A stretch of 64,000 nt of DNA, taken from assembly GCA_016748015.1 (NCBI GenBank), contig JAAOMT010000597.1:571176-635175 (forward strand), read 5' to 3'. The translations under genes and the position numbers were made by a program. This document shows, one piece after another, positions 12,826 through 26,095 of this stretch. The notes under the pieces were generated by a model. The model worked only from the letters and a program-made list of their open reading frames with translations. It searched no databases and was not told the origin of the DNA. Origin of the DNA: Geosiphon pyriformis uo1 (lineage: Eukaryota; Fungi; Glomeromycota). How positions within the stretch are numbered: the stretch's first letter is position 1; each line of letters begins with the position of its first letter.

Positions 12826-14218
12826 TTATTTTTTTCTTTTAATATTAAGTTCTGTCAAAATCTTATATATTTCTTAACTTTCCATCTTTAATTAATTCTT
12901 GAACTTCTTTTTCGAAAATTACTTGGGTTATTTTGATTTGTAATTTTTCAAATTGGGCATTGGTTATTTTATCCAATTGGTTAATAGTAACTGTATCTAT
13001 TACTGGATTAAGTAGTATTGTTGGTTGATTTTAAAATCTTACATGTAACCAATATAATTTATGCCTATGTAAACAAATTGTTCTTCCCCACAAATTGTTT
13101 CAATTGTTGTAATATTGTTGTGTTAAATAATCATTTTGTTTTGTCAGTATACAAGTTTTGAATATTCAGATTTTGTCTTAAGTAATAATAATAAAAGTTT
13201 CTTGAAAATTGTTGTATTCACCAATTTCAAGTTTTTTTATCAATTTTTGATATAGTATAACTGTTTTTGATAGTTCTATTGGCAATTTTACTTTTGCTAT
13301 TATCTTGTCTATGGTGTTTTCCAGTTTTTTATGCACTTTGTATTGGGTTTTTTTTTATTCTCTTTGTACTAAATAGTTTGTTAGTTGATTGTGATTTCTA
13401 TGTTTTGTTGTTAAATTAGTTGGAATAGTTGTTGTACAAGTGAATAGATATCATCAGTAATTTTCATTTTTTATTTGTTGCTTTTGTTGCATATACTGTG
13501 TTTTTATATATTATTCCAGTTTGATTAATTTGATATGTTTGTATCAATAATTATAATTGGTTTTAAATCTCATGGAATTTTATCTGGTTGAACTAGTATT
13601 ATTATATTTCTAGTTATAGAATATTACTGGTAAATAATAATACTATTTTGTAATATGGTTTCAGTCAATTTCTATGTGCTGTTTTAGCTAAGATTTTGTT
13701 GTTTTATCTTAGTTTATAAGCTTTATTTCCTAGAATTTTTTCAATGTAGAATGGTTCATCTCATTTGAAGTCAAATTTTTTACTCTATTGTTTTTTTGCT
13801 TTAATATAATGTAAGAGTACTTTATTTTCAATCTTAAATTCAACTGGTTTGTTTAGTAGTTAGTAATTATGCTGTTTTTTTTGTTTTTTTATAACTTTTG
13901 TATATTTTTAGCTGCTTTTCATTTTTTGTTTTTTAAAGTTTCTATTAAGTTATATGTTTTTTTAGCAATGTTTTTCGAAAGTTGTCTTCTGTTATTGGTT
14001 CAGTTGGATATGTATTGACTTCTATTTCAACTGGTAATATTGCTGTTTTATCATAAACAAGTTTAAATAGTATTGCTTGTATAGTATCTTGCTTTATTGT
14101 TCAATAAGCAAATAGTACTAATAATATAAACAGATCTTATTTGTCTTGGTTTTTTTGACTAATTTTGGCAATTGCTTCACATAATATTTTGTTAAATCTT
14201 TTAACTAAACTATTTGTT
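11893..14218 (-). mobile_element. Ty3/Gypsy element 2 (3' LTR, extra frame, integrase C-half) nested in Gypsy-1
   Basis: 12826-14218 is collinear and homologous to 7630-9045; it is truncated inside the integrase. Confidence 0.88.
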
Positions 14219-14399
14219 ATTTTTAATTATTTTATTTATATTAATTAATAAAATTTTAATAAAAAAGATTTTCTTATTATTAAAACAACTAAACAAAATA
14301 TCTTAACAACATTTTATTAAATATTAATAATAAAAAGCTGTTTTTAGTAGTTTTTAAAACATTTTTTTTTATTTTTGATTAATAGTTTTTCTTTAATCA

Positions 14400-15700
14400 G
14401 TTTTTTTTTAAGAAATACATTAGAATTAGTTCTAATATTGTTTTTATTTCTTTTAAAAGTTTTAAAATTTCAATAATAGACTAATTAATAAGTTAGTTTT
14501 TTTTGTTTTTATTATTACTTTTATTCTTTACAAATATTGTTTCTAATAATATCTAAGAAACAATATCTAATTATTAAAATCTTTTAAATAAATAGTTTTT
14601 ATTTTAATATTTAATATTATATTTAAGATCAAATTAGACTTAATTAATTCTTTGTTCAAGTTGTTATTTGGTTTTATTAAACTCAAATCAGTTTTGAAAA
14701 ACAATATTAAATTGTTTTATATGAACTTTGCTTTTAAGTTTTTTTTAATTACTGCTATTAAAGTTGTAATTAGTAATTTTTTTTTGATTACACTTAAGAT
14801 TACAAAATATTTTGTGGTAGTTTCTGGTTTTTTTTTATTTTATTGTATTTTATAATGTTTTTTTTAATTCATTTTTAAATAATATTAAAAATGTTTTTGG
14901 TATTTTTGTTATTGTTATTTTAAATAAATTAAAGTTTATTGGCTTATAATAAAATATTGTTGTTTATTTTAAAACTTTTTTTTTGCTGTTGTTGTTTTTA
15001 ATAACTAGTTTATACAAATAAAAAAATAATATTAGAATTTTTTTGCTTAATTAAAAAGAAATTATTATCTTAAAAGATACTTTTAAAACCAAGTTAATTA
15101 ATTTTTTTTTGATTATATTGTTTTTGAAATCAATAATTTAATTTTTTAAATTAATAGTTATACTTGTTTTATTTTTTGCTTTCTTGATTTTTATTATTAT
15201 TAATGCTTTATTATTATAATTTTTGATTTATTAAAAACTTTAAATTTTACTATATTAAAAATTAATACTTTATATAAATATTGTATTTAATAATAAATTT
15301 TTAAATATTATTATTGCTACAAATATCAAAATTTAAATTATTTATCTAAAGATTGCAAAATATTACTGTTTTTTTTCTTAGACTATTTGTTAAGTTTGTT
15401 ATTAACTTTAGGTTTTTTGTGTTATTATTTGTTAATAAAAAAATTTTATAATAAAGCTTTTGTTTTTTAACTTTTCTTTTTGCTATCTTTTTGGTTCTTT
15501 TTTGTTTTGTTTTTTTGACCGTTTTTGTTGCTAATTTTGAGTTCAAATTTAAATTAAATTTTTTTAAATTTATTATTAAATTAATTAGTTTTTTGGTTAT
15601 TTTTTTTTTTATTAAGAATATATATAAAAGTTACAAAATAAAAAAAGACTTGTTTATTATGTTAAATATTTTTAAAAACTTTGCTAATTTTATACTAAAA
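14400..15700 (+). pseudogene. Highly decayed ORF1/gag-like relic of a second repeat family
   Basis: Collinear coding-like remnants (KSVLKNNIKLFY, IRIF..DTFKTKLIN..INSYTCFI) loosely parallel the LINE ORF1 segment SVRV..DQFRALLFTLP..GGKTCVI; related sequence at 47450-48950. Confidence 0.45.
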
Positions 15701-17154
15701 TAAATAATAACAAAATTAATACTATTAAAGTATTTTCTTTAAATAAAAACACTTTTAAATATTTGATTACTTTATAACAAATATATAATTCTAATATTAA
15801 GAATAATAATAAAAAGACCAAACTGTTTTTTAGTGATTTTATTTTTAATATTCAAAATTTAAATAGTTTTATTAAAAGACTTAATAAATTGAGTTTATTT
15901 TGAGTCTTTTTTAATTTAACTTAGTTAATATTTTAACTGATTTAAGTAATTTGTTATATGTAAAAAGCCCATAATATATATTTAATTTAAGTTATTTATA
16001 TTATTATATTGTATTAAATAATATTTAAATATGTTTTATTAAAATATAATAAAAAAATACTTAAAAAATAGTGTAAATAATTTTTTATATTAATAAAAGC
16101 AATTTACAAACCCAATTTTTATTTAAATAAATTTATTAATTTTTAATATTATATTTATTATTTAAAATAATAATTATTAAAATACTTAATATTTATTTAT
16201 ATTAAACATATATTATTTATTATAATATAAAATATATTATAGAATTTTAATTAAAAATAAAATATAATCAAAAATATATAAAAACAAAAATAAATAATTA
16301 GTATTAATTAAATAAAAATATTTATATTAAATTTATTATAAATTAAAATATAAATAAAAAAGTAAAATTTTTAAATAATAATAATATAATAAAAAATATA
16401 TAAGATAATAATTACCTAATTTAATTAATAAAAATAAAAAATAAAAATAAATAATTACAATAAAAAAATATTTAAAAATTATTAATAATAATATCATATA
16501 ATAAAAATTAAACAAATTAAAAATTTTTATTTTATTTTAACAAATAAAATCTAATATTTAATATAATACAACAATTTAATATGCTAATTAAATATAATTT
16601 ACATATTTTTATATGTAATCAGCTATTTAAATCAATTAAAATTATATTATACAATTATATTAACCAAAACATTATTATTCAATCCAAAAAAAAAACATTT
16701 TTTTAAATTAAAACTTATAATATAATTTTTTATAATTCTAAACAACTATACTACTTTATTTGATAAAATAACCATAAAATTATATGCTAAAATAGATATT
16801 GAATTATTATTTAATAACAAGTTTTTTTTATATTAACTTTAAACTTAAAATTAAATAATTAAATATGTTTTTTATAATTAATAATTAAACTATAAACTAA
16901 TTTAATTAACTTTAAAATATTAGTTTTATATTAATAAAAGCAAAGCTAGTTTTTATAAACCAGTTTTTAAAATAAAATTTTTGTATAAACTATATACAAA
17001 TTATTGTTTTTAATACATAGTATTTTTTTATTTTATTTATTAACGAATATAGCCCAACCAAAATCTAGAATAAGTTACAAAGAAAAGTAGCCAACTAAAC
17101 ATGGTTCACACATTTACTACATGTAACTGACCACTCGAGCCAATCAAGGCAACA

Positions 17155-20100
17155 CTATGCACTTATCAAAACACTAACCCTATAAACAGCACCAGACAAA
17201 AACAAGAACCTACTCCTAAAACTGAAACCGACATCAAGAGAATTTAGCACACCAATAAGGTAGACCGTGCCAGCTGAGAGAGGCAGGGCACCCACACCAA
17301 GAGCACCGACCACAACAACATCATCACCAATCAAACCATTCCTCTCCATGTCAGATCTGAACTAAGTCCTAAAGAGCCAGAGGTTTGTCCTATAATTCTC
17401 AGCCAAATGATGGACGAAATCTACCACCACAATGACTGCTTTCTTCTTGCCACCAAGAGAAGCAGTAGTCTCATCCATCCAACTCTTGAGAACAAATCTC
17501 TTGCAAAAAACTGAATACAATTTAACATTAGACACCCCCAGAGAGAGATCTTGCAGTACAAAAGACGGCGACAGTAGATTAGGACCCATCAGAGTCCTTC
17601 ACAAACCACCAAAATCACCCAAAATATCTGATCGCACAAAAGCATCCTTAACACAAGTAAAACCATAATCAGGGAGTTCCACATTACCACAAAACAGACA
17701 AGATACACCAGGATAATCCTTATTATACAACCTTTTTTGAACAGCAACAGGCAACCTGAAATGAACAGCTTTTATAAAGTACATACGAAGAGCAGTAGTG
17801 GCTCAACACGTACTTTCAGAGAGCATATGAGAGTCAGGGTGCCAAACTAGAGCAGTACTATTCCAATTGACAACCAGACCAAACAAACAAGACACAATCC
17901 CTTGGCCGGAACCCACCTCCAACTGAAACTTGCAAATAGAACGAAAAATGTCACGTACAAAATGGCGGGCATTACTGGAAATTGGCTTGCCATCAGCAAC
18001 CACATATCTACAATTAATCCTGGCAGAGAGAGAGATCCCAGAATGCACAGCCTGTTTAGCAAGAACATTAGCCAAAACATTACCAGCGATGCCAGCATGA
18101 CCTTTGATCTTAATCCAGCGAACAGTCAGATCTTTGAATTTAATCAAATTAACCACATGGCACCTTTCTATCCAGCAACTATTGCGACAATCCGGCTGTA
18201 ACAGACCCAATTCAGCCACACATGCATCAATAGCCGCTTGATTATCCATGTGCAAAGTCACTAAAACAGAGACAGGAACGCACTCCAGAGCCAAGGCAAC
18301 AGCCTGTAATTCAGCCAGGGTCAAAGACAGCACACCATGTACCTCCACTCCTAAATCTTTGTTCAAGCCAAGAAAATAAACAGCAGCACCACACACCACC
18401 TGAAACATACCCAAATTTCTAAGAGAACTGTCAGTATAAACATCAATCTCATTAGCCCACAATCCATGAATTTCCTCATAAATGTCAGCAAAAGATGTCG
18501 AATCCAAAACACTAGCACAGACAGAAGCTAAACCCGCAGGAGGGGGAGCATACAAACAATTATTCAAGTAAGCAGAGGCCTTCAAAAACCATAAAGGCAT
18601 GGGACCTCTAGAACCAAGTCTTTTCCATCAGCAAAACATATGCCAACTAACAATAGAACCATTTTTGTCCAGAAGTTGGTCATCATATGCCACACCAGCA
18701 ATTTTTAAGGAGCAAACCACACTGAAATACAAGGGATCACCCAATACTAATGACATTGGAAAATGGCCAGGAGAGCGAAAGGCACAGGAAAGCCTGTTAT
18801 CCAAAGACAGCTTGTTGTCAAGGAATATATGAACCACACCCACTAGAAAATTGTTTGAAGTGTTCACTCTTAGCTTAACAGAATATTGCAGAGGATTCAA
18901 CAGAGCCCAGCACAAAACCTGCAAATCCAAAATTTGATGTTCAAACAGTCAGCCAAGAATTCCAGAAGAATTCGCAAACTGCACAATGGAAGCTGTCTTG
19001 TATTCAGCCTGCAACTGTTCAAAAGATTTCAGCCCATAAAGAGAGGGGTGGTGCAACATCTCATTGAAAAAATCTCTCGGCAAATTGGCTTTCGACTTAA
19101 GACCCCTCCTAATTAGAACGTCCCATTTTAGACAAACAGCTTTGGAAACAAAACTAAACTGCATTCGATAACTGACTATGGGCTGCAAAACAGCTGAAAC
19201 CAGATAAGAGAATTGTTTATCAGAGACAGCCTTCTGGAGAACCATATTTGAGAAGAACTTAATATCTGAATTGGCTTTGGTAAGACTCGGCTTAGACAAA
19301 CCATTGGTGAACAAAAAAATACCCAAATATCGATGACTCACACCAAGATTGGCAACAGTGATAGCCTGGCCATTGATGGATAAAACAGAAACCCCCACTC
19401 TTTTGTTGATAGAAATGGCAACCGTCTTCTTGTTGTTTATGTTAATGTTATTGATAAAGAAAAACTTGCTGGCCACATTAAGAATGTGCTGTGTAGAGGC
19501 TTGCCCATTTCCCACCCAAATAGTGTTATCGACAAAGGCACCAGCTGCAAAAAAAGAGGTCATACCCCCACTAGTCTCAATCCTTCCAGTCTTCGACACA
19601 AAGTTCAAATTGATCCGATAACCACACAAATGATCTTGTCTTGCAACTTCACATAACAAAGGGTCATAAAAAATTCTCCATAGAAGAGATGAGAAAACTT
19701 CACCCTAAACCATCAAGAACTTTGTATCCATCAGAAAGGCCAAAATCTGTCATGACTCTGTTGAAGTGACTGTTGTGAATGTTGCCAAAAAACTTGATAA
19801 ACTTGCTGCACATTTTGATATGGCATAAACTAGCTTCTAAATGAGACCAACCAACAGAGTCATATGCTTTGTGCATGTCTTGAAGAACTAACCAAAGTTC
19901 GCAGCCTTTTTCCAAAGCATCCTCCACAATTGAACCCACAGCTGAAATTGGTGACTGAGTAGAAGTGCCTTTGAGGACAGAAAAGTTGTTACCACGGAAG
20001 ACATCAAACCTACTACAAGCAAGAGAGATCCTGTCTGAGAGAACTTTTGACAGAATCTTCCTGGCCGTCTTAATCAATGCAATAGGTCATGTATTCGACA

Positions 20101-21836
20101 AAACACCATCCCAATCATAAGGCTAAAGAATCATGGACACCCAGACCTCTTTCCAATGGACCGGAACATTACTAAAACGCAAACAAGAGTTCAGCAAAGA
20201 CAACAAACACTCCAAAACCAAACAGCCAGTGTGTTTCCAAAGTTCATTGGTAATACCAGACAAACCAGCAGCTTTGCCATTAGGAAGATTGCTTATAACC
20301 GAAGACATCTTACACATGGTAATATCACACATAACCAGACTGAAGGTGCTATCATTAACATGAACCAAAAGGGCATATTGTTGTGCTCAGGGATCAGACA
20401 AGGCAGGAAGAGCATTCCGCTTTCTGGTTCAATTAATTATGATGTCATTAACTTTAAGCCTCATTTCGTCAGGTTCTAAAATAAGAGAATCACCAACAAC
20501 CAAATAGTCTAGAATGACTTTGTGAAAGAGCCGCTCCAAGATGCTCCAAATCATCTCATCTTTGTCCATTTCGAACTTTCCCATATGCTTATCAATTGCA
20601 TCTCTGATAGCAGATTTTTTGGCCACCTCAGATTCACAATATTTTGGACTTTCTATATTGTTTTCTAACCTTTGAAAGATGACTTATCAAGCCAGCAGAA
20701 CCCACACCATCCCTGATCATACTAAAAACTTTGGAAGCTTTGGAAGGGTCAACCTTAAGCCAAATGTCAGCCAGACGATCAAAGCCCAAAGTATCATCCT
20801 ATCTCAGCACTTTCAATAACTTGGCAACCAAAAGCTCCAACCTGAAAAATTTAGAAAAGAGTTTATTCTTAGCACAATCAAATTCACTATACTAATGTCT
20901 CGAAAAATTTTTTTCAGCAGAAACAGTCATGGCATCAGCTAGCATCCCCCACATTCCATCCAAGTTGCCACCATCCTCAGCCATCTTGAACCTATCCAGA
21001 GAACCCAAAAGCACACACTCAGAGAGGTCCTTAAAATGTGCCCATTTTTTTTCATCAGCATTCTTAATCTTAAACTTCTAGTGATCTTTATTAGCATGCT
21101 TGCAGATGCTGTTTAAACAAGTATCCAGAAGACCATCCAACCCAATAGACATTAACACAGCCAAGTAATCCATGTCAAAAAATTCCAAGACAGAACTAAC
21201 ATTACGATCCACAACCACTGAAATCAAAGAGTTACTAACTAGAATGTAATCCAAAACCTTGCTAACGCCTCTTGAATTGTTCCAAGTAGAAATCCTAGCT
21301 AAAGAGTGACCACCAAAAACATTAACTAAACCCAAACCTAAACATTTCCTAAGACTTGCCCCCTTGACTGAATTGTCTTCATTGAAGTCCCCATCTAAAA
21401 CAACAAAAGAACTCCTGTTGACAGTATCAGCAATGAATGAATTAATAACAGAAGCCTAAGCAAAACGGTCACCACCAGACACACAGACATAAAGCCCAAT
21501 GACAGACACAGAAAGCTTGTTCTTGAACAAAAGGCAAATTGAAAAAACCCTGCCCTTTACCTTCTCAACTTTGAAAACATGACGAGCCAGAGAATCATTC
21601 ACAAAAATAGCCACACCAGCCCCACGAAACCCAACATCCAGACCAGACATAAAAACCTGGACACTCTCAAACCTTTTCATGATCCATGGTTGTAAACCGG
21701 AACACAACTTGGTTTCTGTAACAATCGAGATCAAACTACCAGATTCCTTATGCCAGTGATAAATGTCCTCCTGCTTTGCAGGATTGTTCATTCTCCTAAC
21801 ATTACATGTGGCAATTTTCCAAATAAAACTGGTCAT
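17155..21836 (-). pseudogene. LINE copy 2 ORF2 (APE-RT-RNase H-CCHC), disrupted
   Basis: MTSFIWKIATCNVR, ETKL, LQDMHKAYDSV, AFVDNT, YTDSSL, AELQA, WIKIKGHAG, CLFCGNVE. Confidence 0.93.
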
Positions 21837-24652
21837 TGTGATGAAGAGATAACTAAAGAACCCGAGCCAGCACATAACTGATCCAACTTAGCCAAAATCA
21901 AACCAATGGAGATGTCGAGGACAACCAGCTTTGATTCCAGACCACCAACTTTGGAAGTTAGGACTTTGGAACTACTCAGACCCAATAGCGAACTGGTAAC
22001 ACCTGGAGAGAAAGAAGTAGGCTGGATAAAAGGATCATCAACTGCCATGTCAAAATCCAAGTCAGAGTTTGCAACCACAAGAGGAACAGAGGTTGGGGAC
22101 TGAGGAACTACCACAGAAGGAGCCAATTGAGAGGAAGGCACCAAGGGTGCCAAACTAATATTGTCAAGACAAGAAAGAATGTTCGAAATTTGTTCAGACA
22201 AAAGCTTTACAGAGCGTTCCAGAAGCACTAAGTGAGCACTCAAAGGAGAATTGACCACAGATAGAGGGGGAAGTACTCCACCCAAACTCAAATCACTGGA
22301 AAGTGGGGAACTAGAACCAGAACCAGCACGAAAACTATGAGAGACTGAAGCAACTGAGACTACTTGAGCCCAAGATTTGCCACCAAAGGCAACAGGACGA
22401 GAGATTGGCACATTTTTTTTTGCATACAATTTGGCCAGCTAGAGATAAGTATCAGAGTTGGTAGGCCTTATAAAAAACTTTGAAGATTTGAAAGCTGATG
22501 CAACCTCAGCATCACATTCCAAGGCAGAATGACCAAACTTCCCACACTATTCATAGCGAACCAAATCCAGCCTAGCCCATGAGAGTTTCACACCACCAAG
22601 GATCGGTTCTGTGTGAAAAGTTGACTCCAAAACCTCATCAGAATCAAAACACACAACAGCACAGTGGACCCTATTACCAGTCTCCAATGACCAATTTATG
22701 ACACAAGTTTTTCCACCAGCCCCTTCAAGAAGATCCCCAAGATTATGAGCAGTAGTTCCCACTGGCAAAGTAAACAAAAGTGCCCTGAACTGGTCCCTAG
22801 ATGCCCAAGTTTCACAGTTGCCTACCACCATAGTCACACGAACCGAGTTTTTACCAATCAGGAAAGACCACCTAACAGCCAAAGACACAGCCTGTTCCAA
22901 TTCGGCGAATTCCACCATAGTCTTTTGCCATAAACCAATTAACTGGATTTTGATCGACTTAATTTCTCCAAACTCGGATACTGTGGCAACAATTATTTCC
23001 TTTGGCATGTCCATGGGAATTTCCTTGATGACTACGGCCCGATCTGAACAAACTCCTTGTCTTTTGAGATCGCTATTTATGATGTTACAGGTGATTATTT
23101 GGGGTCTCAAATTAAATAACAAACCCATAACTTGGTGCTCAATTGATATAATGTTATTGGTAATATCTAAAGATATTGTTATCTGAAGGTTTTGGTTGAG
23201 TCCTTTGTATAATGAACAGAGATTCAATAAGGTTGATAGTGGTTGTATTCTCAAGTTGTTTTCCCAATTTCTTTTTCAGCTTGGTGGCTGGATTTATTCT
23301 GGCAGTCGTGCCCTTCTGGTAAGCTATCCGATAATATATAATTCTACCCTTATTTCTGGGTTTTTTACCAGGCTATCCGTGACGTCAATAACTCAGCACT
23401 TAATCCTTTTAATCAATTTAATGAACAACAAAAGAAAATAAAATAAAATAAAGAAAATAAAAGAAAATAAAGAAATAAGAAAATAAAATAAGAAATAAGT
23501 GTCCTGTCAATAGCTGTGATCAAGAGCTATTGTGCCAGCAGGTTAAGTAGTGGATAATAACATAGATTTGAAGATAATGGATAATTTCATTAATATGAGA
23601 GCAATTTCACTTCAAGTTATAATATTTTATCTTTTGAAGGAAGAGTATTTAATAATTATGATTTTGCGAGTTTAATTAATTCTATGAGTCTAATTGACTC
23701 TGCAAATCAATTGATTCTAAGTCCCCTTGACTAATTTTCTAACTTCTGATACTACTGCTATATATACGTATTTGAGATTCCTCAATTCCTCAATTTTTCA
23801 TGTCAGGAATCCTAGAATTCCTGGAATTCTGCAATTCCTTTGAGAGAAATCCTGGAATTCTGGAATCCTGTGATTCCTTGTGTGAAAATCCTGCAATTCC
23901 TCTGAGAGAAATCCTGGAATTTCACATTTACTACGTCTACCTATGATTGGCTAATTTATATGCTAATATACTTTCTATATTTTATGAGTAACAATGACAA
24001 TCCCTTTTTTTTCGGCCAATGACGCAGCTTTCCTTATGCTCTCCTCAGATGTAAATGTTGATCGGATGATCCCCTCAAATTTTGAGGGGATAGTGGCCCC
24101 CCCAAAACCATTGATTTTTGAAAAAATCTTCCTGATTAATTGAGTTTTTGCCATCACCGATTTGTCTTCAACAGCTGAAAGATTGATATCCAAGGCAAAA
24201 AATTTTTTAGCTGCCACCTCTACAGGAGTTTTGACAATTTTGGGATCAATCTAGATCTTATTCAAAAGAATTTTTTTCATAAGGGGGGGTGAAAGGGGCT
24301 TCACCTCTTCATCTATCTCAAAGTCAGGAGAACCAATAGGAGAACCAAAATTCGCACTAGTATTCACATGTTTAGCCTTAGGAGTATTAACAGCTGATTC
24401 CAAGAGAGAACCATCAAAACCACCAGACATACTGACATTCTTATCATCACTAGAAAGACTTTCTACATTGGAGTATACACTAGCACTAGAACCAGATTTC
24501 AAAAAAATATCTTTTTTATCACCAGAGTGTTTAATATTACCAAGAGAAGTCTTCTTTTTTTGTGAAAAAGAACCACTGGCAGGACCATGAAACACACCCT
24601 TAGAAGCCTTTTTACTAGACATGCCGCCACTAGAAGCAGCCTTTGAATCCAT
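21833..24652 (-). pseudogene. LINE copy 2 ORF1 (RRM-like and CCHC knuckle), split by a solo LTR
   Basis: Removing the LTR and one TSD restores EKKGIVINSDLKRQG; decayed knuckle YE*CGKFGHSALEC near 22510-22555. Confidence 0.92.
23083..23993 (-). mobile_element. Solo LTR (family A), 911 bp
   Basis: TGTTAC...GTAACA termini; perfect 4-bp TSD ATGA at 23079-23082 and 23994-23997. Confidence 0.96.
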
Positions 24653-26095
24653 GACAAAAGGGTTATTAGTTAAAGAAATATTGATATAATACTAATAAAA
24701 GAAAAATAAAAACTTCTTCTTCAGAAAATAATTCGTTGGAGTTTTCTGGGAGTAAAAGAGAAAAAAGTTTTTTTTTTTTATTACATAATATTAAAAATAC
24801 ATAATCTATATTTATAGTTACTATTTATAATTAATATAAAATTGTATTATTACAAAATTAAATTTGATTAAAAATATATTTTTAAAATTTTTGAAAATAT
24901 ATTTTAATATTATTATAATAATAATATTATTATTTATTATTATATAATAATATAATATTCTAAATAAACATAATATATTTATTTTTTATATATATTTAAA
25001 CAATATTGAATTTACCAAAGCAAACTTATTCAAAAAAATCATTTTTTATATAATAATAATTAAACTATTATTACTAAAAACAAAATTAAATAACTATATA
25101 GTAATTTTATATGTATTAAATATATTATTTTAAAACTAATAATATTTTTATTTAAATTTTTAATAATTTTTTGAAAAATACTAATATTTTTTTTGATTAT
25201 AAAATTTTTTTTATTTTAATATTCCAAAAAAAATATTGTAACTAAAAAATTAAAGCATTAATAAATTTAATAATAGATCTAAATAGTAAAACCAACTTAA
25301 TTAACTTAGATTTTAAAAAAATTAATTTAAAATTACTACAAAATTAATAATATTAATAATAAATAAAAAAATAAAAAAAGCAGTGGTTTTAAAAAAAAAT
25401 TATTTTAATAAAATAAAGTTTAAAAATTTTAAAACTAATAACAAATTTAAGTAAATATTTTGAAAAAAAATACAAATATTTTGTAATTAAAGATTAAATA
25501 ATTCAAATTTAATACTTAAACAGTATTAATATTTAATAATTTTAAATATAACTTTTTTTAAAGTATTTGTTTTATTAATAGCAGTATTTAAATTAACTTT
25601 AAAACTAAAAAAAAAAATATACCTAAATTATTAAAAAAATCAAAAGAATAAAAAATAAAAATAATTTAATTATAGTTTAAAAAATCAACTTATTAATTTC
25701 AAAAACAATATAATAAAAAAATCTTATTAACTTAGTTAAATATATTTTTTAAATATTAATTTTTTTTTAATTTTAAAAAAAAGAATATTAATTTTATTTT
25801 TTATTATTAGAATTAATTAACAAGTAAAAATAGGTTTAATAGCTTTATAAAACTTTAAATACATATAGTATATTATTATTAACAAACAAATTTTAAACAA
25901 ATTCTAAAAATTTTATCATAATATATAAAACATTATTATTATTATTATTATTATTTAATATAATTTTTTTTTTATTCCTTTAATAAATGAAGTCCAAACA
26001 CGACCTAATACTATACATCATACAAATGATCTAAATTAGGAGCAAATCATGTATTTTCTACACGTAACCAGCCATTCAGACCAATCAGAACAACA

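Larger units (their letters stand above)
17023..24768 (-). mobile_element. LINE copy 2, full-length and least decayed, carrying a solo LTR in ORF1
   Basis: 5' UTR, ORF1 (ATG 24652), ORF2 (ATG 21836, stop 17155), 3' UTR and A-rich tail; candidate TSD 17007-17022 vs 24775-24790 (14/16 identical). Confidence 0.95.

Noticed and set aside
11889-12829. TTAT on both sides of the LTR at 11893-12825, suggesting a solo LTR with a TSD
   Set aside because: The right-hand TTAT is the start of the PPT and internal region (homologous to 7630 onward), so the match is coincidental
22547-23441. ORFs 22547-23254 and 23196-23441 as genes
   Set aside because: The first is a chimera of LINE ORF1 with LTR sequence; the second lies wholly within the LTR
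23805-23925. Short repeat arrays as CRISPR or telomeric repeats
   Set aside because: No unique spacers or cas genes, and the context is eukaryotic; they are LTR-internal repeats
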